Below, piece by piece: positions 38,708 to 52,059 of a DNA stretch of 64,000 nt. The translations under genes were made by a program, and so were the position numbers. The stretch comes from Octopus vulgaris (lineage: Eukaryota), in the NCBI GenBank assembly GCA_951406725.2, contig OX597820.1, positions 68,882,001 through 68,946,000 of the forward strand. The letters run 5' to 3'. The notes beneath the pieces are model-generated. The model was not told where the DNA came from and did not search any database. It saw only the letters and a list, made by a program, of their open reading frames with translations. How positions within the stretch are numbered: the stretch's first letter is position 1; every line of letters begins with the position of its first letter.

Positions 38708-39297
38708 TCTTTTTTAATGTATTGTAATACTCTTTTTGTGTGTACGTTCGCTCTATCGCTCTTATGCTCCACCCTAATAATCTGTTCATTTTTATATTTC
38801 AGTCAGAAGTCTACAGGGAATATTACGCGACAGTGGACACTCCCTTCTCTCTTTTTCCCTAACAGTATTTTTATTGATATTTGAATGTAATTGCTTTAAT
38901 ACAGTTCAAAATATTTGAAAATTAAACATAAATAAGTAAAATGAAATTTCATAATATTTATTCAGAAAAATCCTGTTTTAATTATAGACGTATATGAACG
39001 AGTGTTCTAACACACAAATACACAAACATGTATGCATGCACTCTTACACCATTTCTCTGCATTTTTTCTTTTCCTCCTCTCTCACCGGTACTTTTTCAGC
39101 GTAATTTCAAATAGAAATAAAAGTGAAATCCAGTATTTCTTGTTGTTGACAACAATATTTATGCAATGCATTGCAGCTACACTGCGGGTATTGTATTAAC
39201 CAGAGGGCAAATAACAACAACAACAACAGCGAAAACAACAACAGCAACAACAAAAACAATAACAATAATAATAATAATAATAACAACAATAATAATG

Positions 39298-39365
<68 letters not shown>

Positions 39366-39368
39366 TAA

Positions 39369-39925
39369 TAAATGCCCTGATGCAGTACCAGGCAGTGGCT
39401 CTCATGGCTTCTGATCTTAACTGATTGGAAGTGTTATCATGTACATTGTTTTGTCTTGGTATAAAAGATGGGCTACAGCAAATATTCTGCTCAATACCAC
39501 AGATTTGCTTATCAGTTGTTTGACCTTAACAAGTTGAGCATGTCCCTTAGTGGCTGACGATATGTGCATCTCTGATCACGAGCAGAAGTAGTGGGGGAGC
39601 ATCATGGCCATGTGCTGGGGGGATTCTTTGGGGTTTGAATAATTCACCTCTGGAAACATGGGTGGTTCTTTCAACATCCTTAAACAACCCTTATTCAGAG
39701 ACCTTTTGAGCGGGATGGGCTACTCAACCTGAAGAAAATTCTAACTGGGCCCCACCTGCAAGGTCATGTGCTGTTTATCTTGATATGAGATCACCATGTC
39801 GCGCACATATGGTTGTGATGCATGTGCCTGGTGTACCTTTATCAGACGGGTAGTCATGATGTGTATATTGGGCTTCGTATATTTTACCCCAGTGTCACTT
39901 TGATGGCATGCACTGCTCTCTCACT
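39369..39925 (+). mobile_element. About 555-bp non-coding interspersed element inserted in (AAT)n
   Basis: Flanked by (AAT)n on both sides. A second, 5'-truncated copy lies at 18936-19170. No tRNA boxes or ORF recognised. Confidence 0.8.
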
Positions 39926-39949
39926 CAATAATAATAATAATAATAATTA

Positions 39950-40841
<892 letters not shown>

Positions 40842-40851
40842 TAATAATAAT

Positions 40852-41250
40852 AGTTTTAAATTTTGCCACAAGGGTAGCAATTTTGGGGGAGGTGATGAGT
40901 CGATTACATCGACCCTAGTGTTCAACTGGTACTTATTCTTTGAGCCCCGAAAAGATGAAAGGTAAAGTCGACCTCGGCGGAATTTGAAATTAGAAGGCAG
41001 CAGCAGACGAAATACCTATTTCTTTACTACCCACAAGGGGCAAAACACAAAGAGGACAAACAAGGACAGACAAACGAATTAAGTCGATTATATCGACCCC
41101 AGTGCGTAACTGGTACTTATTTAATCGACGCCAAAAGGATGGATGAAAGGCAAAGTTGACCTCGGCGGAATTTGAACTCAGAACATAACGGCAGACGAAA
41201 TACTGCTAAGCATTTCGCCTGGCGTGCTAACGATTCTGCCAGCTAGCCGT
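40852..41250 (-). mobile_element. SINE family B, internally duplicated form
   Basis: Reverse complement of 10664-11018, including the spacer TTTCTTTACTACCCACAAGGGG. Confidence 0.88.
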
Positions 41251-41276
41251 CATATGATAATAATAATAATGATAAC

Positions 41277-41317
<41 letters not shown>

Positions 41318-41320
41318 GGG

Positions 41321-41351
<31 letters not shown>

Positions 41352-42914
41352 AATGATGATCGTTCATATTCAGCTATGTATGACATTGATGCTTCAAAAA
41401 CATAATAGCACTACTGCAATGCCTGTAGCTTGCTAAATTCTTGAAACACTGAGAGTAGCCAATGAAAAACTATGGAAATAGCAGTAAAAACAATAATAAA
41501 AACAACAACAACAACGATAACAACAATAATAATAATAATAATGTTGATGTTGATGATGATGATGATGATGATGATTACGACGATGATGATAATGATGACA
41601 ATGATGATGATGAAATAAATAAATAAATCAGAAGGGAGGACAATTGCTGTTATGTCCCGAGGCCAATTTATGTTGAGCAGCTTAGCCAGATAAAGCTTTT
41701 GTCGCTTGGTAAGATTATGGCAGCATGTTTTTGCGCACAACATGATGTTGCTACAATAGTGGGCGCTGATGTAACACATGCAACAGTCATATTATTTCAG
41801 TATAGTCAATTGCAGCACAATTAAAGGAAGGAAAATATCAACTGGAAAGCGTAGGATTTCATTGTGTGCTATGAAATATATTCATTCATTGGATGTAGCT
41901 AGGGAAACAGTGAAGTACGCATCAGAAAAAATTGTCGTTGATGCAGCTCTTACTCTAATTGGTTTTGTTTCTGAAAATAATGTTCTTTTAATAATTATAG
42001 AATTGAAATAGACAAATTGGTATTAGGCCAAGGTGTGTTATTTGATTAAAAGTCTTGGACAGCAATAACTTAGTAGTGTACAGGTGTTTTATATTTCTAT
42101 GTGTAGTTGAATGAAGTAGCAATGCGGAGTAATCATTCCAGAATAGCCCACAACAAGTAGCAGGTATCTAGTTTGTATTGTAAGTGCACTAAATATTAAA
42201 AATTTCTAGAATATTCCTGGTAGCAGTTTGAACCCTTCCCTCCTTCACAGGAGTTTATTGATTACGTATAGTGCTGCCTTTGGGGAAAAGGGTATTATTA
42301 GATGGTTTCATAGTTTATGAATCATAAAGGTGGGGACAGGGATTTCGGCAGTATGGAGATGACAATCCTGTTTAGAACTAACTCTGCAACTTCAAACACA
42401 CCGATGCCATTCCTTCATTTTGTAATTCTATTTCTCTTGATAAACCAAAGATTTTATACCCAAATAAAATAATTTTTCTGTCATTGTCCTTGCAATGTCT
42501 TCGAGAAAGCTCACAATCTGTATTCTTTTTATTTTTCGCACACACAAATGCTTAAGGCTTCTCGCTTAACAACTAACCATTCTGTTCAGGATTGATTTTT
42601 TTCTTTGTTTAATTTTCAATGTTTTTTTTTCTATTTCAGTTGCATAAAACGAAACGATAATATGAAACAAATGACATATAGTTTCTTCCTTCAGTCACTT
42701 CTAACAAATACAATCTTGCTACTGTATGATCGATCTCCTGCAAATAGACATATATCTAGACAATATTTGAGAATACTACTGTTACACCAAGAGCCAACGA
42801 ACGAAATCTAGAAGTTGCGCAAAGTTTTAGAACTAGGAACTCAAATCTCCAACTCATTACACCTCTTTAAAATATTACACAATGGATAATATACCACGTG
42901 GTACATTATACCTG

Positions 42915-43091
42915 TTCTATATTTAAGAGATGAGGGATTATGTACATTATTTACATTATTTACAATTGACGGATATTTATCCTCATCTTGTTTGTTGTTA
43001 ACAGACCGTTTCGGCTGATATACCCCCCAGCTTTCATCAGGTGTCTTGGGGAAATTTCGAACCTGGGTTCTCATTCCTAAGGTATTTTCGA

Positions 43092-43156
<65 letters not shown>

Positions 43157-43322
43157 GAACAACTACAACAACATCGAAAAATATCTTAGGAATGAGAACC
43201 CAGGTTCGAAATTTCTCCCAAGACAACTGATGAAAAACAGGTGGGTATATCAGACGTAACGTTGTGTTAACAACAAACAAGATGAGGACAAATATCCATC
43301 AATTGTAAATAATGTAAATAAT
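42915..43322 (-). mobile_element. Family H1 head-to-head (palindromic) insertion with two hammerhead modules around (ATT)n
   Basis: Minus copy 42915-43094 and plus copy 43170-43326, both matching 7001-7175. 14-bp direct repeat GTACATTATACCTG at 42901 and 43323. Confidence 0.88.
43000..43045 (-). ncRNA. Minimal hammerhead motif (variant copy)
   Basis: GACAC-CUGAUGA-A-AGCUG(loop)CAGCC-GAAAC-GGUC-UGUU. Core boxes are intact; the cleavage-site region differs from the 7052 copy. Confidence 0.55.
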
Positions 43323-43899
43323 GTACATTATACCTGAGAAAAATAAAAGTAACACTTGGCTTCTAGTGTGAGAGAATGACTTTGAACGTATCCCTGCTTA
43401 TCAAGTTCAATGTGGGCTTCACAATAATGAATTAGTTTACATTGCTTAGAACAATATGCATTAGAGTTGGTCACCCATTCATTCATACTAATGACCGAAT
43501 TATTGCATGCAGGACGCATATACAAGTATTTTTTACTTTGTTGAAGGAAATTCGTATTTACGCACACAGGAAGTTATACTCAACCATTCCATTCATTCAT
43601 GTATTCATATAAACACTCACGCACAGACAAATGAATATCCATGCCTGAAGATGTAGCTGATGATCGATTTAATATTTACTAACAATTGATTATCAACAAC
43701 TGAATCGCTCCTGGTGAATATCTGAAATACCAACTATTTGTTTTCTTGTTGTCCTCTTAAACTTTATGTAGCTCTACTTGTTAGGTAATAATCCTAATCC
43801 AAACACAAGCTCCATTCATAGCATTATATTTCTTTGAGTGTTTAACGTAGATCTATTTCCACTCTCACCATTCTATTGTAATTTGTCGCACAGTCAGCG

Positions 43900-43983
<84 letters not shown>

Positions 43984-44049
43984 CTTCTGTGTGGACGCGT
44001 CTTAAGAAGTTTGCTTCCTAGGCACAGGGTTCCAGATAAATTCCCCATG

Positions 44050-44122
44050 CCCGGCCTGGTAATCGAAACCGCGATCCCACGACCGCAAGTCAGCTACCAT
44101 AATCACTGGGCTTGGCATCTCC
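44050..44122 (-). mobile_element. tRNA-like head fragment of SINE family C
   Basis: CCCGGCCTGGTAATCGAAACCGCGATCC..GACCGCAAGTC..CACTGGGC matches 56665-56734. Confidence 0.7.
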
Positions 44123-44439
44123 ACGCACACATATATACAGTTGGCAATTGTTGAGGAAAAAGTTTCTAAAACACCTTTTAAATTATAAACGTCAAATATA
44201 TTCTACTCCAGAAGAAATTTTAACCTGGCAATATTGTTGCAAATTCCTTGTTATGTCTGAACCAGATTATCATATACAAACACTTGCGCTTGTAGATCTC
44301 GCATTTTACAAAATATTGGATTCTACTCTGAGTTTTGGATTTACAGCTCTGGAATGTGCTCTGCTTCTTCCAATTCTTCCAGTCTTCAATTACAACCTTT
44401 AATATCAATGGAAAAACTTTGTAGGTTATTCTGCGCAGC

Positions 44440-45250
44440 CGCAAACCAAATCCTTCTCAAAAGTGTTGGCCCCCATTTCATTTATTCTCCACACACCCCT
44501 TCTTAAGGAAGGACATTGAAGTTCTGTGTCCCTTTGAATCCTCGATGCTAGCAAATTCTTATTCGAGAGAGCTTATGTTTTCAAAATTTGCAATGGCTCC
44601 CATATTGTTAGAGTTATGCACTGGTGTTCTCCGTTCCATAAAATAAAAGTAAAGACATTATAATTTTCCTACGAAATAACCTGTAGCACAGAAACCAGTT
44701 TTGTTTTTATTAAGTCCTTTACGATGCTTCCATTCAGTGGTAAGCGCGGTAGTTTATGGCGATTACAACTGAGATTATTAATCTAGGAGTCTGATTCATC
44801 CAGTGAAGGCATCAGCACATGATTTGAATGTTCTTGAAATTATATTTTGATTTTTTTTCTCTGTACCAATTTCATGTTTTTTTTCTCTCAAACTATCTTG
44901 TCTAATACTCGGGGAACGCGATGCTTCTCTTTTTGAGTGAGTGCATCGTTATATATCGTTCAGCCAGAGTAATTTTGCGTTCGATTTTCTGCTTAGGGAT
45001 TGGTTATGCATGTCCACAAGTTGAAACATTGTTACTCTTTATGGAGTGTAGTCAATGTAAGTACCGCATTTATTAAACTTCTAGCAAGGGCTATTACGAA
45101 AGTATTGACAATGCACCCTATTTTGCTTTGCTTATCTCTCAGGTAATACTTACTAGCTTTAGAGGCTTTGTTGCAATCCAAACGTTAGTCTCCCTCTCAT
45201 CTTCCTGTAATAGTTGCTTGATTTCTTAAGCAGTTCTGTTTGCTTCTCTT
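44440..45250 (-). mobile_element. Ancient CR1-group LINE remnant
   Basis: Minus strand GGATTCAAAGGGACACAGAACTTCAATGTCCTTCCT (GFKGTQNFNVLP, compare GFRGPQLFNILP at about 61130-61165) and TCTCAGTTGTAATCGCCA (SQL*SP, compare SQLWSP) in the expected order. Boundaries uncertain. Confidence 0.45.
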
Positions 45251-46001
45251 TGCAAAATTGATTTCGTTCTTTCTGTTCATCTTTTTATATTCTAATGATA
45301 ATAATTCTGTCGGTTGTGGTCATGATGACGAAGGATGCTTTTCTATTTTATAGTCAAGTCCTTGTGGTGTTTTCTACTGCATTGGTTTAGCAGTTTATAA
45401 TGTTTGTATTAGTATTATTGACATGTGATTTAGAATATCAATACCCAGATTCGATATTCTTGTTAGGATTCCTAAATGAGGAATTACGATGGTAAACGAT
45501 CGAGAAAATTAATCTTTCTTTCTCTTACGCTCAACAATGGCCCTCTGGAAACCGTCGCTTTTCGTACTACCACTTTATATATCTTTGTCTTTAGACTTCT
45601 CTCCAAGATATCATGCCTGCAGGAGTAGACGAACTTTTTCGATATTTCCAGTTTCGTTTCCCACTTTATGTAACTTTTACTTATATTTACTTCTTAGAAT
45701 AATCCGTGTAACAATCTTAATGATATTTTGGAAGTATTTAATCTTTGTAGTAAATTGCTTTTCTTTATATAATTCCACAAAAAAACAAAATACTAGTTTT
45801 ATTTATTTATTGGATTTTCAATGTAAAATATGTTTATATGTATAAAAGTTTAACATTGGGAGGTATATATCATTCGCTGACACAATTGTTACTAAAGTAT
45901 TTTTATGCTACTAGAATACTACAAATATATTACATTCTAGAATACAAAGTAGAATGTAATATCAAGGTTCATAGCACAAAAATTTTACTATTATAGACAA
46001 G

Positions 46002-46078
46002 TATATATACTACACATACTACATATACTACACATACTATATATATTACACATACTATATATACTACACATACTATAT
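46002..46078. repeat. 18-bp minisatellite (TATATATACTACACATAC) x4
   Basis: Directly visible tandem units with single substitutions. Confidence 0.85.
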
Positions 46079-46989
46079 AATGTTCAACTATTAATACATT
46101 CTAAAATAATACATACCTAAAAGCAATTTAATCAAACTAAAGCAACATAACACACAAACGAATATTAACTATTATAATAAAAAGTAATAAAATTAAATAA
46201 CCTATTTTATACTCAAATATAATTTTTATAGTCAAATACAATTCGGTGGACATTCCTCAACGTATTTGTGATAGTAATGTAAATTCAAACAGAATAAGAT
46301 ATATCCATTTATACAGATTATCATAGAATTTATACAGATAATCATGGAATTAAAATAAAATAATAAAGAATAACTTAAGCTATCCGTTTCCTTAGAAAGA
46401 AATGTGAACCGTGAATAAGAGTAATTGCCTATAAAATATAACTAATATGTTGGATTTGCGGGATTAAAATTTGTTTGCATTTATTGTTTAACCAACTAAA
46501 CGTGGTTGAATAAAATTTCAGATTAATATAAATATTAGGCAGTAAAATTAAATGAAATTAACTGCTTATAAATTACTGAGGTAATCTAGAAATAATTTCA
46601 ATGTTTTTCGAGTTTAATAGGAATTTATCCGAAGGGTAGAAAAGGAAAAGTTAACCTACGTAATAATTGAACTCTGAACGTAGAGAGCCGGCAGAAATGC
46701 CGTTAAGCAATTTATCCGACAGGCTAACAATTATGCTACCTTAACACCTTAAACTTATATATAAGAAATATATTTTTAACAAGAATTATTTTGGAAAAAA
46801 TATTTAAATTGCGTATATCCATATAAAGACAAAGATATATAAAGTGGTAGTATGAAAAGCGACGGTTTCCAGAGGGCCATTGTTGAGCGTAAGAGAAAGA
46901 AAGATTAATTAATATATATATATATACATGTATGTGTGTGTGAGTGCGTGTGTATGAGTGAGTGAGTGATTGATTGAGTGAGTGTGTTT

Positions 46990-47142
46990 GTGTGAGTTTT
47001 TCCTCACCACCGCTTGACAACCGGTGCTGGCGTGTTTACATCCCTGCCCAAATGAGACGGATAGAATAAATACCAGGCTTAAAGAATAATAAAAAGCGGT
47101 GCTCCAGTATGGTCGCAGCCTCACGACTGAAACACTTAAAAA
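46990..47142 (+). mobile_element. SINE family A 3' half
   Basis: CGCTTGACAACCGGTGCTGGCGTGTTTAC..GCGGTGCTCCAGTATGGTCGCAGCCTCACGACTGAAACA. Confidence 0.8.
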
Positions 47143-47774
47143 TAGTGTTAAACTTTACTCACATTTATTGACCTCAATATTGGATTTAAAACCAGGTCAC
47201 CAAACTGCTTCGCATTTTCTGTAAGAGACAAAAGAAAAAAGAAGAATTATTCTTTCCTTAAGAAGAAAGGATGTAATCACAGCTTGGTGATGAATGAGAT
47301 AAAAGAGGACAATAATTAATCTTGTAGCTTCGCACTTCTTGCGTCTAATTCCCCACACAGCATTTTAGTAGAAGAAGCTGTCAGCGAGCCGGTTCCGCTC
47401 TGTAGCTTCGATTAAATACAAAATCACTTTACCTAAATTACTTTTAACTTAGAAAATGCAACAAAGGTTATGAATGAGTTTTCGAACTTCTCACAATCAA
47501 TGCCTGTTGGTTTGTCTTTTGTTTTTGGCTAGAATGTAATATATCGGTTGTATTGATTGGTACAAAAGAAAAAAAAGATAGGGAACTCATTACTTTAAAC
47601 CATTTACTTTTTATCACACTCTGTTCTAAGCTGATGCCCGAATAGACCATTTTACTTTGTCATTCGACTAAAGTTGCAATACTAGGAGAGGAAATACGTC
47701 ATGTGATCCAAATAAGGATATTTGAAAAGGATTTTGATGACCAACAAATCTGAATTTATTTAGTGCTTATTTTT

Positions 47775-47961
47775 AGCTTTTATTTGTTTTAGTCATAAGA
47801 CAGCAGTCATTTTGGGGTGCCATCTTAAATCGACCCCGATACAAACATTTTTAAAGTCTGGCATTTATTCAGCTAGTATAAGGTGTCGCTATGCTAAGTT
47901 ATTGGAACGTAAACAAACCAGGTCATGTTGTAAAATCACAGAGACAGACACGTGCACACAC

Positions 47962-48003
<42 letters not shown>

Positions 48004-48015
48004 TATATATATATT

Positions 48016-48073
<58 letters not shown>

Positions 48074-48296
48074 TATACATATACATATACATATATATAT
48101 ATATACATATATATGTGTGTGCGGTGTGTTTGTATACATATACATATATGTGGGTGTGCATTAAGGGTTTCCATACAGTTTCCGTCCACCAAATTCACTC
48201 ACGAGTCAATTACCGGTCTGCACTAAGTGCGGCACTGACGCCAAACCATGTGGTTGCCAAGCTAGTTCCTGAACTACGTTGACATCCCTGCTCCTA
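47775..48296 (-). mobile_element. SINE family A, heavily diverged
   Basis: TGTTTTAGTCATAAGAC..GCTAAGTTA..AACGTAAACAAACC..CAGTTTCCGTCCACCAAATTCACTCAC..AACCATGTGGTTG. Confidence 0.65.
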
Positions 48297-48673
48297 TATA
48301 CATATATCGTAATATTAAATACTGGATCGCTTATCAAAGAGAGTAAAAGGAATGAACGGACCCAATGGAAAAGTATATATTCCAGGTGATTATTATGTAA
48401 TCTCTGCAGTTAGGGAAAATTAGGCAATGAATAAAGGTAAAACCAAGATAAAACAACATACTAAAACAGTTATTGAATATATGGACATACAAAAAAATAT
48501 GATTTGCGACGAAGAACTTCCAGTAATTTCTTAGATTATACATTGTACTACTTGAACGCAGGAACTTATTGTACAAATATGTGTGTGAGAACATATGTGT
48601 ATGTGTATCTATACGCAAGTACCCGCAATGACTGTTTAGGTGTAAGTTTAGCGTATGCATGTATATATATATT

Positions 48674-48719
<46 letters not shown>

Positions 48720-48730
48720 TATATATATAT

Positions 48731-48770
<40 letters not shown>

Positions 48771-48858
48771 GTGTGTGTGCGTGCGTCTGTGTGTGTACGT
48801 TTAGTACAAGCAAACATATATATTTGTGTGTGAGTGTGCGTTTGGCTAGGCTACGCAT

Positions 48859-48891
<33 letters not shown>

Positions 48892-48970
48892 AAGATATAT
48901 GGATATGTATGTATATATACAATTTCATACATACATACATACATATATACATACATACATATATACATAC

Positions 48971-49028
<58 letters not shown>

Positions 49029-49738
49029 GTATATACATTTACACACATACACACACAAGTATACGAAATTAAAATATATAGATATATTTTTATATACACG
49101 TATGTATATAAACAAGTGTGTACAGCAGAGAGTGTGTATGAGTGGAATAAGAGAGAATGAAATAAGAAAAAATAATTGAGCAGAGAATATTGCAGGGTGC
49201 TATTCGTGAAATTATTAGAGAAGAAAGAAGAAATTGTAGTGAATCGATTAAAACTTATGGATCGAAAAGTTTCAAATTTTGGAAAGTTCCAGCAGCCTGA
49301 CAGCATTGCAACTTAGTTTATAATGAACGAGAAGTGCTTTTTTATGATTAAATCTCACAACATCTGGTCTGCTATTTCATTTTTGGGTTTCTCAAAGTTG
49401 ATGCTGAACAGCTTGCAGCTGATTGGCTAATGAAAGAGGACATTTAGAAATAATAATGATAAAAAAAATTGCGAAAAAATAATAAAAAAATATTAGCAAG
49501 AAAATCTAGCAATTGACGATGGCAAAAACAGCCCTCCTGAAAATGTCTACAACTTTTATTCGACTTTAGAGTGTTTTTCTTCTTATTTCATTTTATTTTG
49601 ACTTTAACAATTATGTGTATGTATTTTTGCTTTATTTTCTTGCTTTTATGCAGCCTTTCTTTTACATAGCATGCTAGTATAGCGACGTAAATGTTAAACC
49701 ACTTTGGATATATGTATGTGTGTGTGTGTGTACGTCCA

Positions 49739-49808
<70 letters not shown>

Positions 49809-50155
49809 TGTGTATAACTATATATATATATATATGTGTGTGTTTGTGTATATATATATATATATATACGCAGATATATATATATATATTATCTATGTAT
49901 ATATATATATATAGTTTGGCGATACCAACAGGAACATAGAACTCAAAACACACACATATATTCAATCAACAGAAGTCACAGAGTTTCTCAGGGGCCGTGA
50001 GTTTCAGGCATTGGCATGAAAATGGTATCAGATTATGAGGATTACGTTTATACAGACCACTCAAAGCCCCGTGAAATCACCATACTTTTGAAACCAGCTT
50101 GATAAGTGCTACTGCACGACACACAAGCCCTTCAGCCTCTCTGTAACTTCTGCGG

Positions 50156-50194
<39 letters not shown>

Positions 50195-50195
50195 C

Positions 50196-50226
<31 letters not shown>

Positions 50227-50239
50227 TAATAATCATAAT

Positions 50240-50440
50240 TTTGGTTAAAAACCAGTAATTTCGAGGGCGTGGGGTAAGTCTTTGACATCGATCCCAGGGC
50301 CCAACTAGTTCTCATTTTATCAACGCCGATAGGATGAAAAGCAAAGTCGATCGCGGTGGAATTTCAACTCAGAACGTAAAGAAAAATGAAATAATTCTAT
50401 GCATTTCACCCGCCGCGCTAACGATTCTGCCAGTTCGCTG
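50240..50440 (-). mobile_element. SINE family B monomer
   Basis: GGATGAAAAGCAAAGTCGA..GGAATTTCAACTCAGAACGTAA..GCTAACGATTCTGCCAGTTCGC. Confidence 0.8.
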
Positions 50441-51902
50441 ACGATAGAGAAGTGATATAGGAAAATATTTTTAAGCGAATATTTAATACCGATCAAAAAA
50501 TATATCCTACAGATAATAATGGTGAAACTGTTTTCTAAGAGAGGAATGAGGTTCGATATATTTTAGGAGGTTATGCAGAATCTGTTATAATGCCTCCACT
50601 GTTTGATTGTTACCTCTATCCTTGATACCTGTTGTTTGAAAGATAAAGTCAACATCGATATTTGAATTGAAAATGTAAAAGGAAATAGTTAAACAATTCA
50701 AAGTATACATTCACCATATATAAAATGTAATAAAATCAGGATATCACAGACATGATACGAAATAGGTTTCTTTGCTCTTTGTTCTGAGTTTGGTATTCTA
50801 ATAAACTCCACCTTCAACTGCTTGAGACATTGCGTCAGGGTGGTTCCTGTATCTCAAATATTACATCGAACAATCCACATTTGCTATCGTAACTCTTTTT
50901 TTTTTCTGTTTCAACAAACAAACGATAAAGAACTGGTAATAGGGGAATAAAAATTCGACATCGAAAATTATATGCAAGTCAGAATGCGGTTATTCTTTTT
51001 TAAAGAACAACTGTACAGAGCACATTACAATTATTGTGTCATTTTAAAGTTGAAAAAGAAATTTCACAAAACTCATAGCAATCTAATTTTGATAATTCAG
51101 CACGTAAATCAATAAATATATTCAGCAGAAGGAGGAGCGGGTATAAAAATGGTGGAGCGAGAAAATGCGTGATAATAAGATAATGGCTTTATGTAAATTT
51201 CGATTTTTCTAAATACAAATATAGTTTAGTTCTCTTTTTTTGTACTTCCATAATCTACATTAGTTGAGTGACCTTTACAGGACGTATAACTAATATATTT
51301 AATATGTCATCAGTGAGTATTCAATCCGTAAGCAAGAGGTTGCCATGCAAAGACCGTTTGTTTACCTGAGATTTTTCTTAGAAATGAAATATGACCTAAT
51401 GATACCGTTCTCATATTTTAAAAACATTTTCAGAAAATTTGCCGGGATTGGAAGATGAGCAGAATATTGTATAATAATTGCAGAGGTTCCACGGTCTAAT
51501 ATAATTTCATCGAACATATATTTGCCTTCTTTCGTAATTTCTCTATAAATTTGACATGACGGTTGGTAATTCATGCAACGGTTTTTATTGTAAGAGAATC
51601 TGAATAAAAAGTGTGCGAGTAAACTCATCCTTTATTCCATTAATATAACTAACTGTCTTAATAATTTAGCGCATCTAACACAGGAAGTCTTTGTAAAACG
51701 CTCTTTGGCGAAAGATGGCGCTGAGTTTACAAATGGACAAGAACCACTGCTTTACATGAAAAATGTACTTTTCGCTATATTTTGCGAGGAAAACGATTTA
51801 ATTATTGCAACATACGTATCGCATGTATGCATGTGACACGAGGCAGGCATGGGCCGGCGGCGAACAGTCGACTCGGAACTGGTACGGACCGGAGGAATTC
51901 GA

Positions 51903-52004
<102 letters not shown>

Positions 52005-52012
52005 GTATGATA

Positions 52013-52059
<47 letters not shown>

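Noticed and set aside
46002-46350. CRISPR-like or other functional array
   Set aside because: These are plain head-to-tail minisatellites without spacers, in eukaryotic DNA.
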